Shown here piece after piece: positions 49,702 through 59,717 of a stretch of 64,000 nt of DNA. The position numbers were made by a program, and so were the translations under genes. Position 1 is the first letter of the stretch, and each line of letters opens with the position of its first letter. The notes beneath the pieces are model-generated. The model was not told the DNA's origin. It made no database searches and worked only from the letters and a program-made list of their open reading frames with translations. The stretch is from an uncultured bacterium (GTDB taxonomy: Bacteria; Zixibacteria; MSB-5A5; UBA10806): the NCBI GenBank assembly GCA_965541585.1, contig CBEUCH010000016.1:22056-86055 (forward strand). The letters are read 5' to 3'.

Positions 49702-52700
49702 GTGAAAAGGGTATACATTTTCGCTAATGTGTTAGTTGTCTTTGCCTATTTGCGAGTTTCGGCTACCATCATCAACATTCCAGATGATTATCCCACTATC
49801 CAGCAGGGCATAGACGCCTCCACCGACGGCGACACCGTGCTGGTTCAGCCGGGAACCTATGTGGAGAACATCAATTTCAACGGGCATAATATTGTGCTGG
49901 GGTCCCTGTTTCTCACTACGGGGGATATGACGTATATCCTGGAGACGGTGATTGATGGAAACGACGCATCGGGTCCCCTCATGACCTTCGAAAGCGGGGA
50001 GGATAGCACCGCGGTACTCAGTGGTTTTACCATAAGAAATGCCGAAAGTTCTTATGATGGCGGAGGAATTCGCATAAATGGGTCATCTCCAGCCATTTAT
50101 TACAACGTGATAGTAGAAAATTGGGTTTCTGGTTTTGACGGTGATGGATGCGGTGGAGGCATTTACTGTAATAATGGTAATCCCATAATTGAGAATAATA
50201 TCATCGCAAGGAATTCTGCCACGGCTGGCGGTCATGGTAATCCCCACTCACGCGGTGCTGGTATTTACTTCAAAAACTCAGATGGACTAATTATAAATAA
50301 TATTGTTTGCGGAAATACTTCTTATAACGGATACGGCGGCGCTTTATATATAGAGAATGTAAATACTGTTATTTCTAATAATGTCTTTTGGGCGAATACT
50401 TCATCGTATGGCTTTCAAATATCAGGCGATTCTGCGATTATAAGCTATTGTAATGTCCAAAATGGTTATCCCGGTGAAGGGAATATCGACAACCTACCGC
50501 TTTTTATAAACGCACACCAAAATGATTATAATATATGCTCTCAATCTCCTTGTATTGACGCAGGTGATCCAGACATTATGGACCCTGACGGAACGCGCTC
50601 GGACATCGGGATCTATTTCCCAGAACACCCGGAATGCTTCGTAGGAGACAAATGGCATATTTCTCCGGAAGGAAACGATTCAACGGGCGACGGCACGATA
50701 CAGAATCCTTTTAGAACCATTCAGCACGGAATTGACATTTGCATACCGGGTGATTCCGTTATAGTGGAAAACGGGATGTATATGGAAAACCTTATCTTCT
50801 ATCTGAAAGAAATCGGCGTATTTTCCAGATATGTATATACCAACGATTCCGAAGATATTTATGGTACAATTATCGACGGTAATGCCGAAGCTTCAGTCGC
50901 TACAGTCCAAGGTTGCGATACCTTAACTGCAATAAGCGGCTTCACCATAACAAATGGCCTCGCAGGCGATGGAGGGGGCCTGAGCGTACGGGATTCAAGA
51001 CTGAGAATCAGCAACAACTATATTACCGAAAATGCCACTACCTACAATTACGGGCACGGTGGTGGCATTTACTGTGTCAATTCAGATTGCACAATAATCA
51101 ACAATATCATATGCCGCAATTTCGCATACAGTCAGGGTGGCGGAATCACCTGCTTCGGATCAAACGCCGTAATAATGAATAACACAATCAGTCATAACGG
51201 CAGATCATCAGGAGGTATAGAATCCCGTGGATCAGACCCATTGATCATAAATAATATCGTGTGGGGCAACGCAATGCCCCAACTTGACTTAGATTACCCT
51301 TTTCCGACGGTTTTCTACTGCGATATCCAGGGCGGCTGGCAAGGTGAGGGCAATATCGACGTGGTTCCCCTGTTTGTGGATCCTCAATCCGGTGATTACA
51401 ATCTGTGTGCTCAATCTTTGTGTATTGACGCCGGCGATCCGCAGCTTTACGATCCTGATGGAACCCGTTCAGATATAGGCGTCTTTTTCCCTGAGCACCC
51501 ACAATGTCTCCAGGGCAACATATGGTATGTGTCGGTCACCGGTGATGACGAGACAGGTGATGGTTCAAGAAATAATCCCTGGCGGACAATTCAGCACGGA
51601 ATCGAAATGTCCATCCCAGGCGATACAGTAATTGCAGAAAACGGGATCTATGAGGAAAACATCTATATGTTCAGTAAAGCGATAACCCTCGCCTCAAATT
51701 TCATATACTCTGGTGACTCTCTCGACATCATCAACACTATGATCGACGGAGACTCGCTTGCACCTGCTGTTACATTAGAATATTGCGATGACCGCACGCT
51801 ATTATTCGGCTTTACCGTAAGCAGGGGTCTACCGTGCGGCGTCTATGCTTATGAGGCTGAAGCCAGGATTGGGTTCAACAACATTGAAGGTAACTTCGGC
51901 AGCGGTATATCTTGTTCCGTAAGCAGCCCCAGGATATTTGGTAATATCGTTTCTGGTAATTCGAGTGGACTGGGTGGCGGTATAAGTTGTTATGCCTCAC
52001 GTCCGCTCATATTGAACAATTTCATTGTCGGTAACGAGGCGGTTTATGGTGGCGGAATACATTGCCGGAACGTATCCGTTCCATTCATTTGGAATAATGT
52101 CATATGTAGGAACATCGCTGAAGCTGGCGGTGGCATATACAACAGCCAATCCTTTTACAATATTTGGGTTCGAAATACAATAATGAGGGATAACGTGCCC
52201 ACTCAGATCATGAATGTTAACTACGGAGAGATTTATGTTGAATATTCCAACATCCAGGGCGGCTGGGAGGGCCCGGGCAACATCGACGTCGATCCCCTCT
52301 TTCGCGATCCCGATAACGGCGATTTCCATCTCATGTCTACCGCCTGCGGCGACCCGTATGATTCTCCATGCATTGACGCTGGCAGCCCAGACATCATAGA
52401 CAGCTTGCTTGATTGCTCATGGGGATTGGGGGGATTGAGAAGTGATATGGGCGCTTACGGCGGCGGTGATTCGGCAATGGTGGGAATCGACGATTACTCA
52501 GATTTGATTCCGAAACGATTCGCATTGATTCAGAATTACCCCAATCCGTTTAATGCAATTACCGTTATCCAATATAATCTGCCTTTAAAATCTGATGTAA
52601 CCATCGAAATCTACGATATCCTCGGGCGCAAGGTTGAAACGCTGATTCAGGGAGAACAGCCAGCCGGACAGCATCAGGCTATCTGGAAGGCCGAAGACCA

Positions 52701-52776
52701 ATCCTCAGGAATATATTTTTACAGGATTCAAGCGGGGGAGTATGCTGAGACGAGGAAGATGGTGCTTTTGAAATAA
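49702..52776 (+). CDS. Triple-module beta-helix (DUF1565-like) protein with CTD
   Basis: GTG start after GGAGG; three beta-helix modules, two opening with G.D..GDG...NP.RTIQHGI; CTD. Confidence 0.85.
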   Translation: MKRVYIFANVLVVFAYLRVSATIINIPDDYPTIQQGIDASTDGDTVLVQPGTYVENINFNGHNIVLGSLFLTTGDMTYILETVIDGNDASGPLMTFESGEDSTAVLSGFTIRNAESSYDGGGIRINGSSPAIYYNVIVENWVSGFDGDGCGGGIYCNNGNPIIENNIIARNSATAGGHGNPHSRGAGIYFKNSDGLIINNIVCGNTSYNGYGGALYIENVNTVISNNVFWANTSSYGFQISGDSAIISYCNVQNGYPGEGNIDNLPLFINAHQNDYNICSQSPCIDAGDPDIMDPDGTRSDIGIYFPEHPECFVGDKWHISPEGNDSTGDGTIQNPFRTIQHGIDICIPGDSVIVENGMYMENLIFYLKEIGVFSRYVYTNDSEDIYGTIIDGNAEASVATVQGCDTLTAISGFTITNGLAGDGGGLSVRDSRLRISNNYITENATTYNYGHGGGIYCVNSDCTIINNIICRNFAYSQGGGITCFGSNAVIMNNTISHNGRSSGGIESRGSDPLIINNIVWGNAMPQLDLDYPFPTVFYCDIQGGWQGEGNIDVVPLFVDPQSGDYNLCAQSLCIDAGDPQLYDPDGTRSDIGVFFPEHPQCLQGNIWYVSVTGDDETGDGSRNNPWRTIQHGIEMSIPGDTVIAENGIYEENIYMFSKAITLASNFIYSGDSLDIINTMIDGDSLAPAVTLEYCDDRTLLFGFTVSRGLPCGVYAYEAEARIGFNNIEGNFGSGISCSVSSPRIFGNIVSGNSSGLGGGISCYASRPLILNNFIVGNEAVYGGGIHCRNVSVPFIWNNVICRNIAEAGGGIYNSQSFYNIWVRNTIMRDNVPTQIMNVNYGEIYVEYSNIQGGWEGPGNIDVDPLFRDPDNGDFHLMSTACGDPYDSPCIDAGSPDIIDSLLDCSWGLGGLRSDMGAYGGGDSAMVGIDDYSDLIPKRFALIQNYPNPFNAITVIQYNLPLKSDVTIEIYDILGRKVETLIQGEQPAGQHQAIWKAEDQSSGIYFYRIQAGEYAETRKMVLLK

Positions 52777-52885
52777 AGATCCCCTGATCCCCTCAAAGAG
52801 CTAATGCCCATCATTCCGGTTGCATAATTATTGCCCAGCGTTTATCATATTAGTGATTTAGGCCCGGCACGAAGGGAGGGGAACA

Positions 52886-55183
52886 ATCGCTACCGGCAAT
52901 CCGAAACTGAGACCCGATCTCGTAATCTCGAGACAGACCGAAAACGAGATCGTCTATTATATAATTAAAGATCCCCGCACCGGGCGGTTCTTTCGCTTCA
53001 AGGAAAACGAACACACCATCGCGAACCTCTTCGACGGCACCCGCGCTGTCGAGGACGTGGTCTCAGAGTTTTCCCGCGTATCCGGCGTCAGGCCGCCGAT
53101 AGAGGCCATAGCGAAGTTCCGCGACAGGCTGGAATCGCTGGGGCTTCTGGAAAGCGCCGATGAGACGGAGATCGCAAAACCGACCGATCCCGGTCTCTGG
53201 AAAAAACGTGCTCTCCTGCAGAAAATCCTGTTTCTTAAACTTAAAGCCCTCGATCCGGAGAGATTCTTAACGGAATTATCCCGCATCACCGATATATTCT
53301 ATTCACGCCTGATGATACCGGTCTATTTCGGGCTCGTCCTCATAGGCGTGGCAATTTTTCTATCGAACGGCTTAGAACTAGCGCAGCAGCTGAAGCGATC
53401 CTTAGTTCCCGAGACGATAGTCTACGTCTGGCTGACCACAATCTATCTCACCCTGCTGCATGAGCTTTCTCATGCTCTTACATGCAAAAGGCACGGCGGG
53501 CGTGTTTCGGAATTCGGCGTACTGCTGTTATACCTGCAAATATGTTTCTATGTTAACGTATCGGACGCTTATCTTTTTGATGATAAGAAGAAACGGATTA
53601 AGGTCACTCTCGCCGGAGCGAAAAGCCAGATAGTCATCTGGGCTCTTGCCGTAATGGTCTGGAGGATAACGGCGGTGGGCAATTTCATCAATCAGGCGGC
53701 CTTTCTCGTAATCGCGCTCACCTTTATCATGATTGCCTTCAATGTCAATCCCCTTTTAAAGCTCGACGGTTATTATTACCTGGTGGATAAATGGAACATC
53801 CCCAACCTGCGTGCCAGGGCCTTCGGCTACTGGAAGACGATTATTCTAAAATCTCTATTCAAAATCAAACCCGACACGGAACCGTCTGTGCGTGAAGGAC
53901 GCATCTTCAGATGGTATGGACTGGCCTCTATAGCCTATTCCGCAGGGCTTTTCGGATTCATTCTCTACAAAGTCTCCGGTCTTTTCTTTTCAATGCTGGG
54001 CATTTTCGGTCTGGCGGTTCTATATGGTTTCGTCTTATATTTGATCCTGGAGGCATTGAAGAAGTCGGGGATATTGAAAATAGCCATGAGTGAAAGAGGA
54101 GCCATACTTCGCCCGCGCAACTGGATCATCCTGGGGGTAGTGGCGGCGGCGCTGGTTATGCTGTCGTTTATCGTCAAGCTGGAACTGAAGATCTCGCAAG
54201 ATTGTCTGATATATCCCATAGAATCGCTGGCGCTGAAATCCTCCGATCCCGGTTTCGTGGAGCTGGTGCTCGATCGCGGTTCCGGCGAGAAGAGCAGCCA
54301 GAGATTCAGCCTGGCCGGAGATGATCTGCGAGTGCTTTCCATAACTCCTGCAGTAAAGGAGGGGGATTTAGTACGGGCCGGAGAGATGATTGCGAGGATA
54401 AGTTCATCGGAGCTGGCGGCAGACCTGGCGGAATCACGCGCCGGTCTCGACCGGGCAGAATCACAGCTTCAACTTCTCAAAAAAGGGCCGCGGCCGGAGG
54501 AGATCTCGCAGGTCGAGGATCTCATTGAACAGATCCGATTGAAGCTTAAGAAATCCGATGCCGATTTATCCCGCTCGGAGGAGCTGGCATCGAAGGGAGT
54601 GATACCGGCAGAAAAGCTCGAGGAGGCCAGGACCTCCAACGAGGTGCTGAAATCGGAGCTTGAATTTTACAAAAAACAAAAAAAGCTCTTAAAGCAGGGC
54701 GCCCGCCCGGAGGAGATCGATATCGCCGAGGCTGAAATTAGAGGCATACAGGCCAAAATCGACCGGCTGGAAACTCACCTGGCCGCAGAAAATATAACCT
54801 CGCCTATAGACGGCATAGTAACATCGGTTAAGACCGGCTCGGAGATCCTCCACGTAGCGCGGATAGACACCATGCGGGTCAGAATCCCGGTTCCGGAAAA
54901 AGAGATCAGCCCCGTCGTTCCGGGCAAATCGGTGAGATTCCGAACTCGCAGTTACCCGGGAATCACATTCGATGGCGAGGTAACAACTGTGGCGGAGGAG
55001 ACGGAGGAAGGCCAGCTGCAGCCGATATTCGTGGTCACCGCTGTTGCACCGAATCCCGATGGGCTTTTAAAACCGGGCATGACCGGGCATGCCAAAATCT
55101 ATTGCGGTAAACGTCCCGCCTACAAGATCCTGTTATGGCGGCTTGTCCGATGGTTCCGGGTGGAGTTCTGGGGCTGGTATTAA
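52886..55183 (+). CDS. PqqD-like + site-2 protease (M50) + HlyD/RND adaptor fusion
   Basis: HELSH and NPLLKLDG M50 motifs; coiled coil and barrel-sandwich (ITSPIDGIV, LLKPGMTGHAKI); reading frame extends 57 codons upstream of GTG 53057 to ATC 52886. Confidence 0.8.
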   Translation: MATGNPKLRPDLVISRQTENEIVYYIIKDPRTGRFFRFKENEHTIANLFDGTRAVEDVVSEFSRVSGVRPPIEAIAKFRDRLESLGLLESADETEIAKPTDPGLWKKRALLQKILFLKLKALDPERFLTELSRITDIFYSRLMIPVYFGLVLIGVAIFLSNGLELAQQLKRSLVPETIVYVWLTTIYLTLLHELSHALTCKRHGGRVSEFGVLLLYLQICFYVNVSDAYLFDDKKKRIKVTLAGAKSQIVIWALAVMVWRITAVGNFINQAAFLVIALTFIMIAFNVNPLLKLDGYYYLVDKWNIPNLRARAFGYWKTIILKSLFKIKPDTEPSVREGRIFRWYGLASIAYSAGLFGFILYKVSGLFFSMLGIFGLAVLYGFVLYLILEALKKSGILKIAMSERGAILRPRNWIILGVVAAALVMLSFIVKLELKISQDCLIYPIESLALKSSDPGFVELVLDRGSGEKSSQRFSLAGDDLRVLSITPAVKEGDLVRAGEMIARISSSELAADLAESRAGLDRAESQLQLLKKGPRPEEISQVEDLIEQIRLKLKKSDADLSRSEELASKGVIPAEKLEEARTSNEVLKSELEFYKKQKKLLKQGARPEEIDIAEAEIRGIQAKIDRLETHLAAENITSPIDGIVTSVKTGSEILHVARIDTMRVRIPVPEKEISPVVPGKSVRFRTRSYPGITFDGEVTTVAEETEEGQLQPIFVVTAVAPNPDGLLKPGMTGHAKIYCGKRPAYKILLWRLVRWFRVEFWGWY

Positions 55184-55191
55184 GAATATGC

Positions 55192-55206
55192 GGGGAGACG
55201 CTCCCC
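55192..55206. terminator. Short hairpin between convergent genes
   Basis: GGGGAG-ACG-CTCCCC. Confidence 0.4.
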
Positions 55207-55217
55207 AGCTACAGGCT

Positions 55218-57248
55218 CTATTTTAAATATAGTACTTTCCCGCTTAACGATCTATCCCCGAAACTGATCCTGTAGAAATATATTCCGGATTTCACGTCTT
55301 CCACTTCCTGATCCGATATACTCCAGTTCACAATCACCTCGCCCCTCTGAACGTTTCCTCTGAAAATATCTTTTACCTCGCGTCCCAGAATATCGTATAT
55401 CGTCACTTCCGCGTAACCTGCCGAGGGAACGAAAAACCTGATCCTGGTTCCGGAGTTAAACGGATTCGGATAATTGCCTATGATCTCGAGTTCGACCGGA
55501 TATTGAACATCGGGGTTATCAACTACATTTGTTCCGGGATTGACCAGCGAATCGACTATCGATTGCATCGCCACAGGATCATACTCCGTATTGAAATAGG
55601 CCACATCACCATTTCTGTTGACTATATAATCGAGAGGGAAAGGCGATTGCCCACCGGGCTGCCTGTACTCGGCATACTGTGGGCCGTCGAGAAGCAGCGG
55701 AAAAGTCACCCCGAACTGCTGGCCGAAGCTCCTTACCGTCTGTTCGCTTTCATAATAGTTCAATCCCAGAACCATTAGCTGATCGTTCTCATATGCCTGC
55801 CAGAACGTTGTCTCGATGTCCGAAAACTCCGGACCGCATACCGGTCACCAGGAGGCAAAAAAGGCCAGGAGCACCACCCGGCCGTAATAATCTGACAGCG
55901 TATATTGCTGCCCGTCAATGCCCATCAGGGTAAAATCCGGAGCCCGATCTCCGATGTTCAGGCGCGGGGCCCCGTTTGCAAAAGCTCTAAAGGCCTTCGT
56001 TGGTTCGTCGGGGTCGTCCGAATGAATAAATATCACAGTGGATCTGTATTCGGAATCGACTGCCTCGAACGTCAGCAGGAAGTCATACGATGAGTCCTCA
56101 GGGATGAAAGCGTTTGTGGGTGTAACAGAGAAACCATGATCCTGCCCCACAATATTATTTATGGTTAGAGCAGATCCGCCGGTGTTAGATACGGTAAATA
56201 TCGTGTCGGCAACCTCGCCCGGGGCTACATCGCCCATATCCATGAGTGAAAAATCGATATGGATATCGGCCTGACTACTTTCTCCGAACCTATAAATCTC
56301 CACGTTCGCCCAGTCCGCCACGAAAATTACCGAATCGTTAACGGTCAGGCCCATAGCGCGGCTGCGAGTATCTTCCCAACCTGCAAGGAAAAGATTGTGA
56401 GGATCCGAAATGTCTATAACTTCGACTCCTTCCCAGCGGGCAACATAGGCCAGCCCGTTTTCCACCGAGAGATTAAATGCAGAACCCTCTCCTGCTATAT
56501 TCGATCCGAATTGCGGATTGGCAGGATTGGAGAAATCGATAACATCAACGCCGAGCCCTCCTACCGCAACTGCAGCATAATCTCCATACATATCGATATC
56601 CTGGGCCGCACCGGTGGTATTTATCTGAGAAAGAAGAATAGGTGCATCGGGATCAGCGATATTTAAAACCGAAATCCCCCCGACGCCGTCGGCCACAAAT
56701 GCAAGTGTGTCTTCGATTGCCAGGGCGGTTGCGTTTGACAACTGCCCGTTTACTGAATTGAGTAGATCCAAAGCCCCCCCATCCCCGAGCTCGAAGATAT
56801 ACAGGCCGCGACTATGCGCCGTCACGTATAGAAGATCATCCTGTATATGACCGTCCTCGAAAGCTATCCCGTGGCTCTCATACACGTCTATTCTTATCGG
56901 ATTCCCCGGCTCGCCGAAATCTATAATGGAAATACCGTCATCACGGCCGAATCCGTATGCATATCCGTTGCCCACAGCGATATGATAGAATCTCTCATAG
57001 GGATGCCCTGGCGGCGTATATCTCCCCAGCAAGATCGGGTTGTTGAAATCAGAGACATCGACCATTGAGAACCCGCTTACGCCGGCGACGAATAATGTAT
57101 CGTTTCTGTATTCGCAATCCAGAAGCTCGGCGAACATGTTGGGATACCATCTGCCTATCCAGTCCACGTTATCTGTCGCATATCCACTATTCGGATAAGT
57201 GGAGACAGCAATCACAAAGACCGCTGAAAATATTTTGATTTTTTTCAT
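55218..57248 (-). CDS. Probable selenoprotein: LVIVD repeats + Ig-like (choice-of-anchor D) + TlpA/AhpC-TSA redoxin (UxxC) + T9SS-type CTD
   Basis: ORFs 55845-57377 and 55218-55775 are in the same frame. Read-through of TGA 55845-55847 gives APDFTL...VVLLAFFASW-U-PVCGPEF...PFPLDYIVNRNG, a complete redoxin. Start at ATG 57248 (signal peptide MKKIKIF). Confidence 0.88.
55818..55834 (-). promoter_or_regulatory. Candidate bacterial SECIS element
   Basis: GUCCG-GAGUUUU-CGGAC at +11..+27 after the UGA, with G at the start of the loop. Confidence 0.65.
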
Positions 57249-57265
57249 AATTCCAGTTTCGCCGC

Positions 57266-58639
57266 TTATCTCAGGAGCGTCATTTTTGCAAAACTCGACC
57301 GGTACAGCGTGGAACTCAGCCGATAGAAATATACCCCCGATGCGACCGGTGAACCGCCTGCAGCAGTGCCATTCCATATTATTCGGCCGCCGGGTTGCTC
57401 GATCTCAATGCGGGATACCAACCTTCCGTTTATATCGAATATCTCGATTGCTGCCGCCCAGAGATCGATAACGGGTGTTTCGATATCGACTGAAATCACG
57501 GTCTGCGCATTGAAGGGATTCGGATAGTTGCTCAATGTTATGAACTGCCGCGGCGTTAAGGCCGGATCATCGCTCTCTACGGATGTTGTTTGACCGAACC
57601 AATCGAAGGATCTGGATACGATCTCCGCTCTGATATCCGATTCGGTTACGGCCTCTACTCCAAATGCAAAAAAGACCGACCTGTAACCGTCACCCTCGAA
57701 ACGGATAGCGGAACCCTGGCCGGACGAATATTCGAATGCAGTTGTACCGCCGTTGGTTTCAATAACGTCCGGCTCGACCTGATTATCAGCGCCGCCGTTG
57801 CCGGATATCGTAAAATGCAACCCGGCCCCTATGGGGTCTCCGTCAACACCGTCAACCTCCATCTGTCCATCATACGTTGCGGAGAATCTAACTCCAAGCA
57901 TACCCTCGAGAAAACTACCGCCATCCAGAGAGGATGCCAACCCCTGCCCCGTCATGAACAGGTTGCCTCCGGCAATCAGATAGCCTTCCAGGGCGGCTGT
58001 CTCCTCCGGAATAAATATCTCCGCTAAATTATCGCCTGAAAAAATCAAAAGGTTTTCGAAATATTGCAGGTCGACATCCAGAAATGTCGAGAAACTGCCG
58101 TCCCAGTAGTTATGATCGATACCCGACGATAACAGGGCATCCTCGTAATAGGATCTGTATCTCTCTTCGATGCTATTCTCGCTAATCAATAAGGTTTGAT
58201 ATCCGGTAACTACCCTGAAGGTCAGTTCTTTGACATCATCGGGATTGTTATGGGATCTAACTCGCATGACTACCTCTCCGTCTCCGGGGATCTGGATGGG
58301 GAATATCTCCGGCTTGATTAACGAGTATCCTCCCGGCTCCAGCGTAACTCCCCCGGAATCCCAGAGGCAAAGAGAATCAATACAGAATGCAGAAAACCAG
58401 CCGTCCGGCAGGTTGTCATGCTTGGTTATACTATAGGTATCAGTCTGGTCGCCGGTGTTGAACAGATCCGCGTAGAAAAAAGCGCCACTATCGGCAGGAA
58501 TAGCCTGCATGATTCGATCACAGGTGAAGGTGAAGGAGTTATCGGCGAACGATAGACTGTCAAATGAAAATATCAACAAAATAACAGATAACACAATTAT
58601 GACTTTTCGACGTTGCGGCTTCATCATCTTGATTTTCAT
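57266..58639 (-). CDS. Secreted protein with Ig-like and alpha/beta domain and CTD
   Basis: Signal peptide; NTGDQTDTYSI...LPDGWFSAFCIDSLC; YLIAGGNLFMTGQ; SNYPNPFN...KMTLLR. Confidence 0.8.
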   Translation of the reverse strand: MKIKMMKPQRRKVIIVLSVILLIFSFDSLSFADNSFTFTCDRIMQAIPADSGAFFYADLFNTGDQTDTYSITKHDNLPDGWFSAFCIDSLCLWDSGGVTLEPGGYSLIKPEIFPIQIPGDGEVVMRVRSHNNPDDVKELTFRVVTGYQTLLISENSIEERYRSYYEDALLSSGIDHNYWDGSFSTFLDVDLQYFENLLIFSGDNLAEIFIPEETAALEGYLIAGGNLFMTGQGLASSLDGGSFLEGMLGVRFSATYDGQMEVDGVDGDPIGAGLHFTISGNGGADNQVEPDVIETNGGTTAFEYSSGQGSAIRFEGDGYRSVFFAFGVEAVTESDIRAEIVSRSFDWFGQTTSVESDDPALTPRQFITLSNYPNPFNAQTVISVDIETPVIDLWAAAIEIFDINGRLVSRIEIEQPGGRIIWNGTAAGGSPVASGVYFYRLSSTLYRSSFAKMTLLR

Positions 58640-58865
58640 AACGCTAAAGATAATTCCAGAGTTCCCATAAGGTTAATAACTTCCACTATATAAGATAATC
58701 ATGGATGCAGAGATCAGGTAAGAATAGTCTACTTACCAGATTAGCTAAACATCTTTATTCCCTCTCCCTTTTCCGCTTGCTCGCTGGTAGTGATTTGCTT
58801 ATATTAGATTGGCTACGGGGAAAGACTTCATAATCGTATCGCTGTTGCCGTTGTCTATCTGATCG

Positions 58866-59669
58866 ATGGAGAATCTTATGGATGGTAAGGCTACTTTAAT
58901 GAAAGATCATTTTGATCGAATCGCATCAGGCTACAGAGAACTTCGCAAAACAGACTGCGAGCCGGTGGAATACCTGGCAAATTTAATAGTCGATGGCGAT
59001 GACGATACTCGTCTTCTGGATTTGGGCTGCGGCACCGGTCGATATACCGAAGCTCTTCTGGATTGTCTGTCCATACCGCTCAATCTTTATTGCGTGGACA
59101 CAAGCGAAGAGATGTTAAGGCTTTGCCGGGATAAACTATGGAATCACCGCAGCGCGAAATCATGCTTCCTCCTGCAGGCAAAGGCGGATAAGATTCCTTT
59201 CGATAAAGGATTACTCGATTTCATGGTGACTTTTAACGCCATTCATCATTTTGATATTGCGAAATTCTTCGACGAGGCAGCCAGGGTATTGAAACCGGGT
59301 GGATTTTTGGGGATCTACACCCGCTCACGGGCCCAGAATAAAAAAACCATCTGGGGGCGTTATTTCCCGCGATTCGTCGAGAGGGAAAACCGCCTGCTTT
59401 CCATCGAAGAGTTTGAGAGAATTATATCCCGGCGAAGGGACTTGCGCGTGGAGGAAATCAAAACTTATAATTTCAAACGTGTCATATCGATTGACTGGCT
59501 GATGCAGTTAGTCTCCGGCCACCATTACTCGACTTTTAAATTTTACACGCCTGAAGAATTGAAAAAAGCAACCGCCATATTCGAGAGACGTTTGAAGACC
59601 AGATTCGATGATCTGGAAAATATCCCTCACGATAGCAACTATACGTTGCTTCTGGTGAGGAAAAGATAG
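58866..59669 (+). CDS. Class I SAM-dependent methyltransferase
   Basis: LLDLGCGTGRY, VDTSEEML, ARVLKPGG. Confidence 0.9.
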   Translation: MENLMDGKATLMKDHFDRIASGYRELRKTDCEPVEYLANLIVDGDDDTRLLDLGCGTGRYTEALLDCLSIPLNLYCVDTSEEMLRLCRDKLWNHRSAKSCFLLQAKADKIPFDKGLLDFMVTFNAIHHFDIAKFFDEAARVLKPGGFLGIYTRSRAQNKKTIWGRYFPRFVERENRLLSIEEFERIISRRRDLRVEEIKTYNFKRVISIDWLMQLVSGHHYSTFKFYTPEELKKATAIFERRLKTRFDDLENIPHDSNYTLLLVRKR

Positions 59670-59717
59670 AAATAAATAGACATGGGTGTCAGGTCGGGCA
59701 AGCCGACACAATGAGAA

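Noticed and set aside
57249..57377. ORF-track N-terminal extension MEWHCCRR...
   Set aside because: It overlaps the upstream gene's CTD; the signal peptide begins at ATG 57248.
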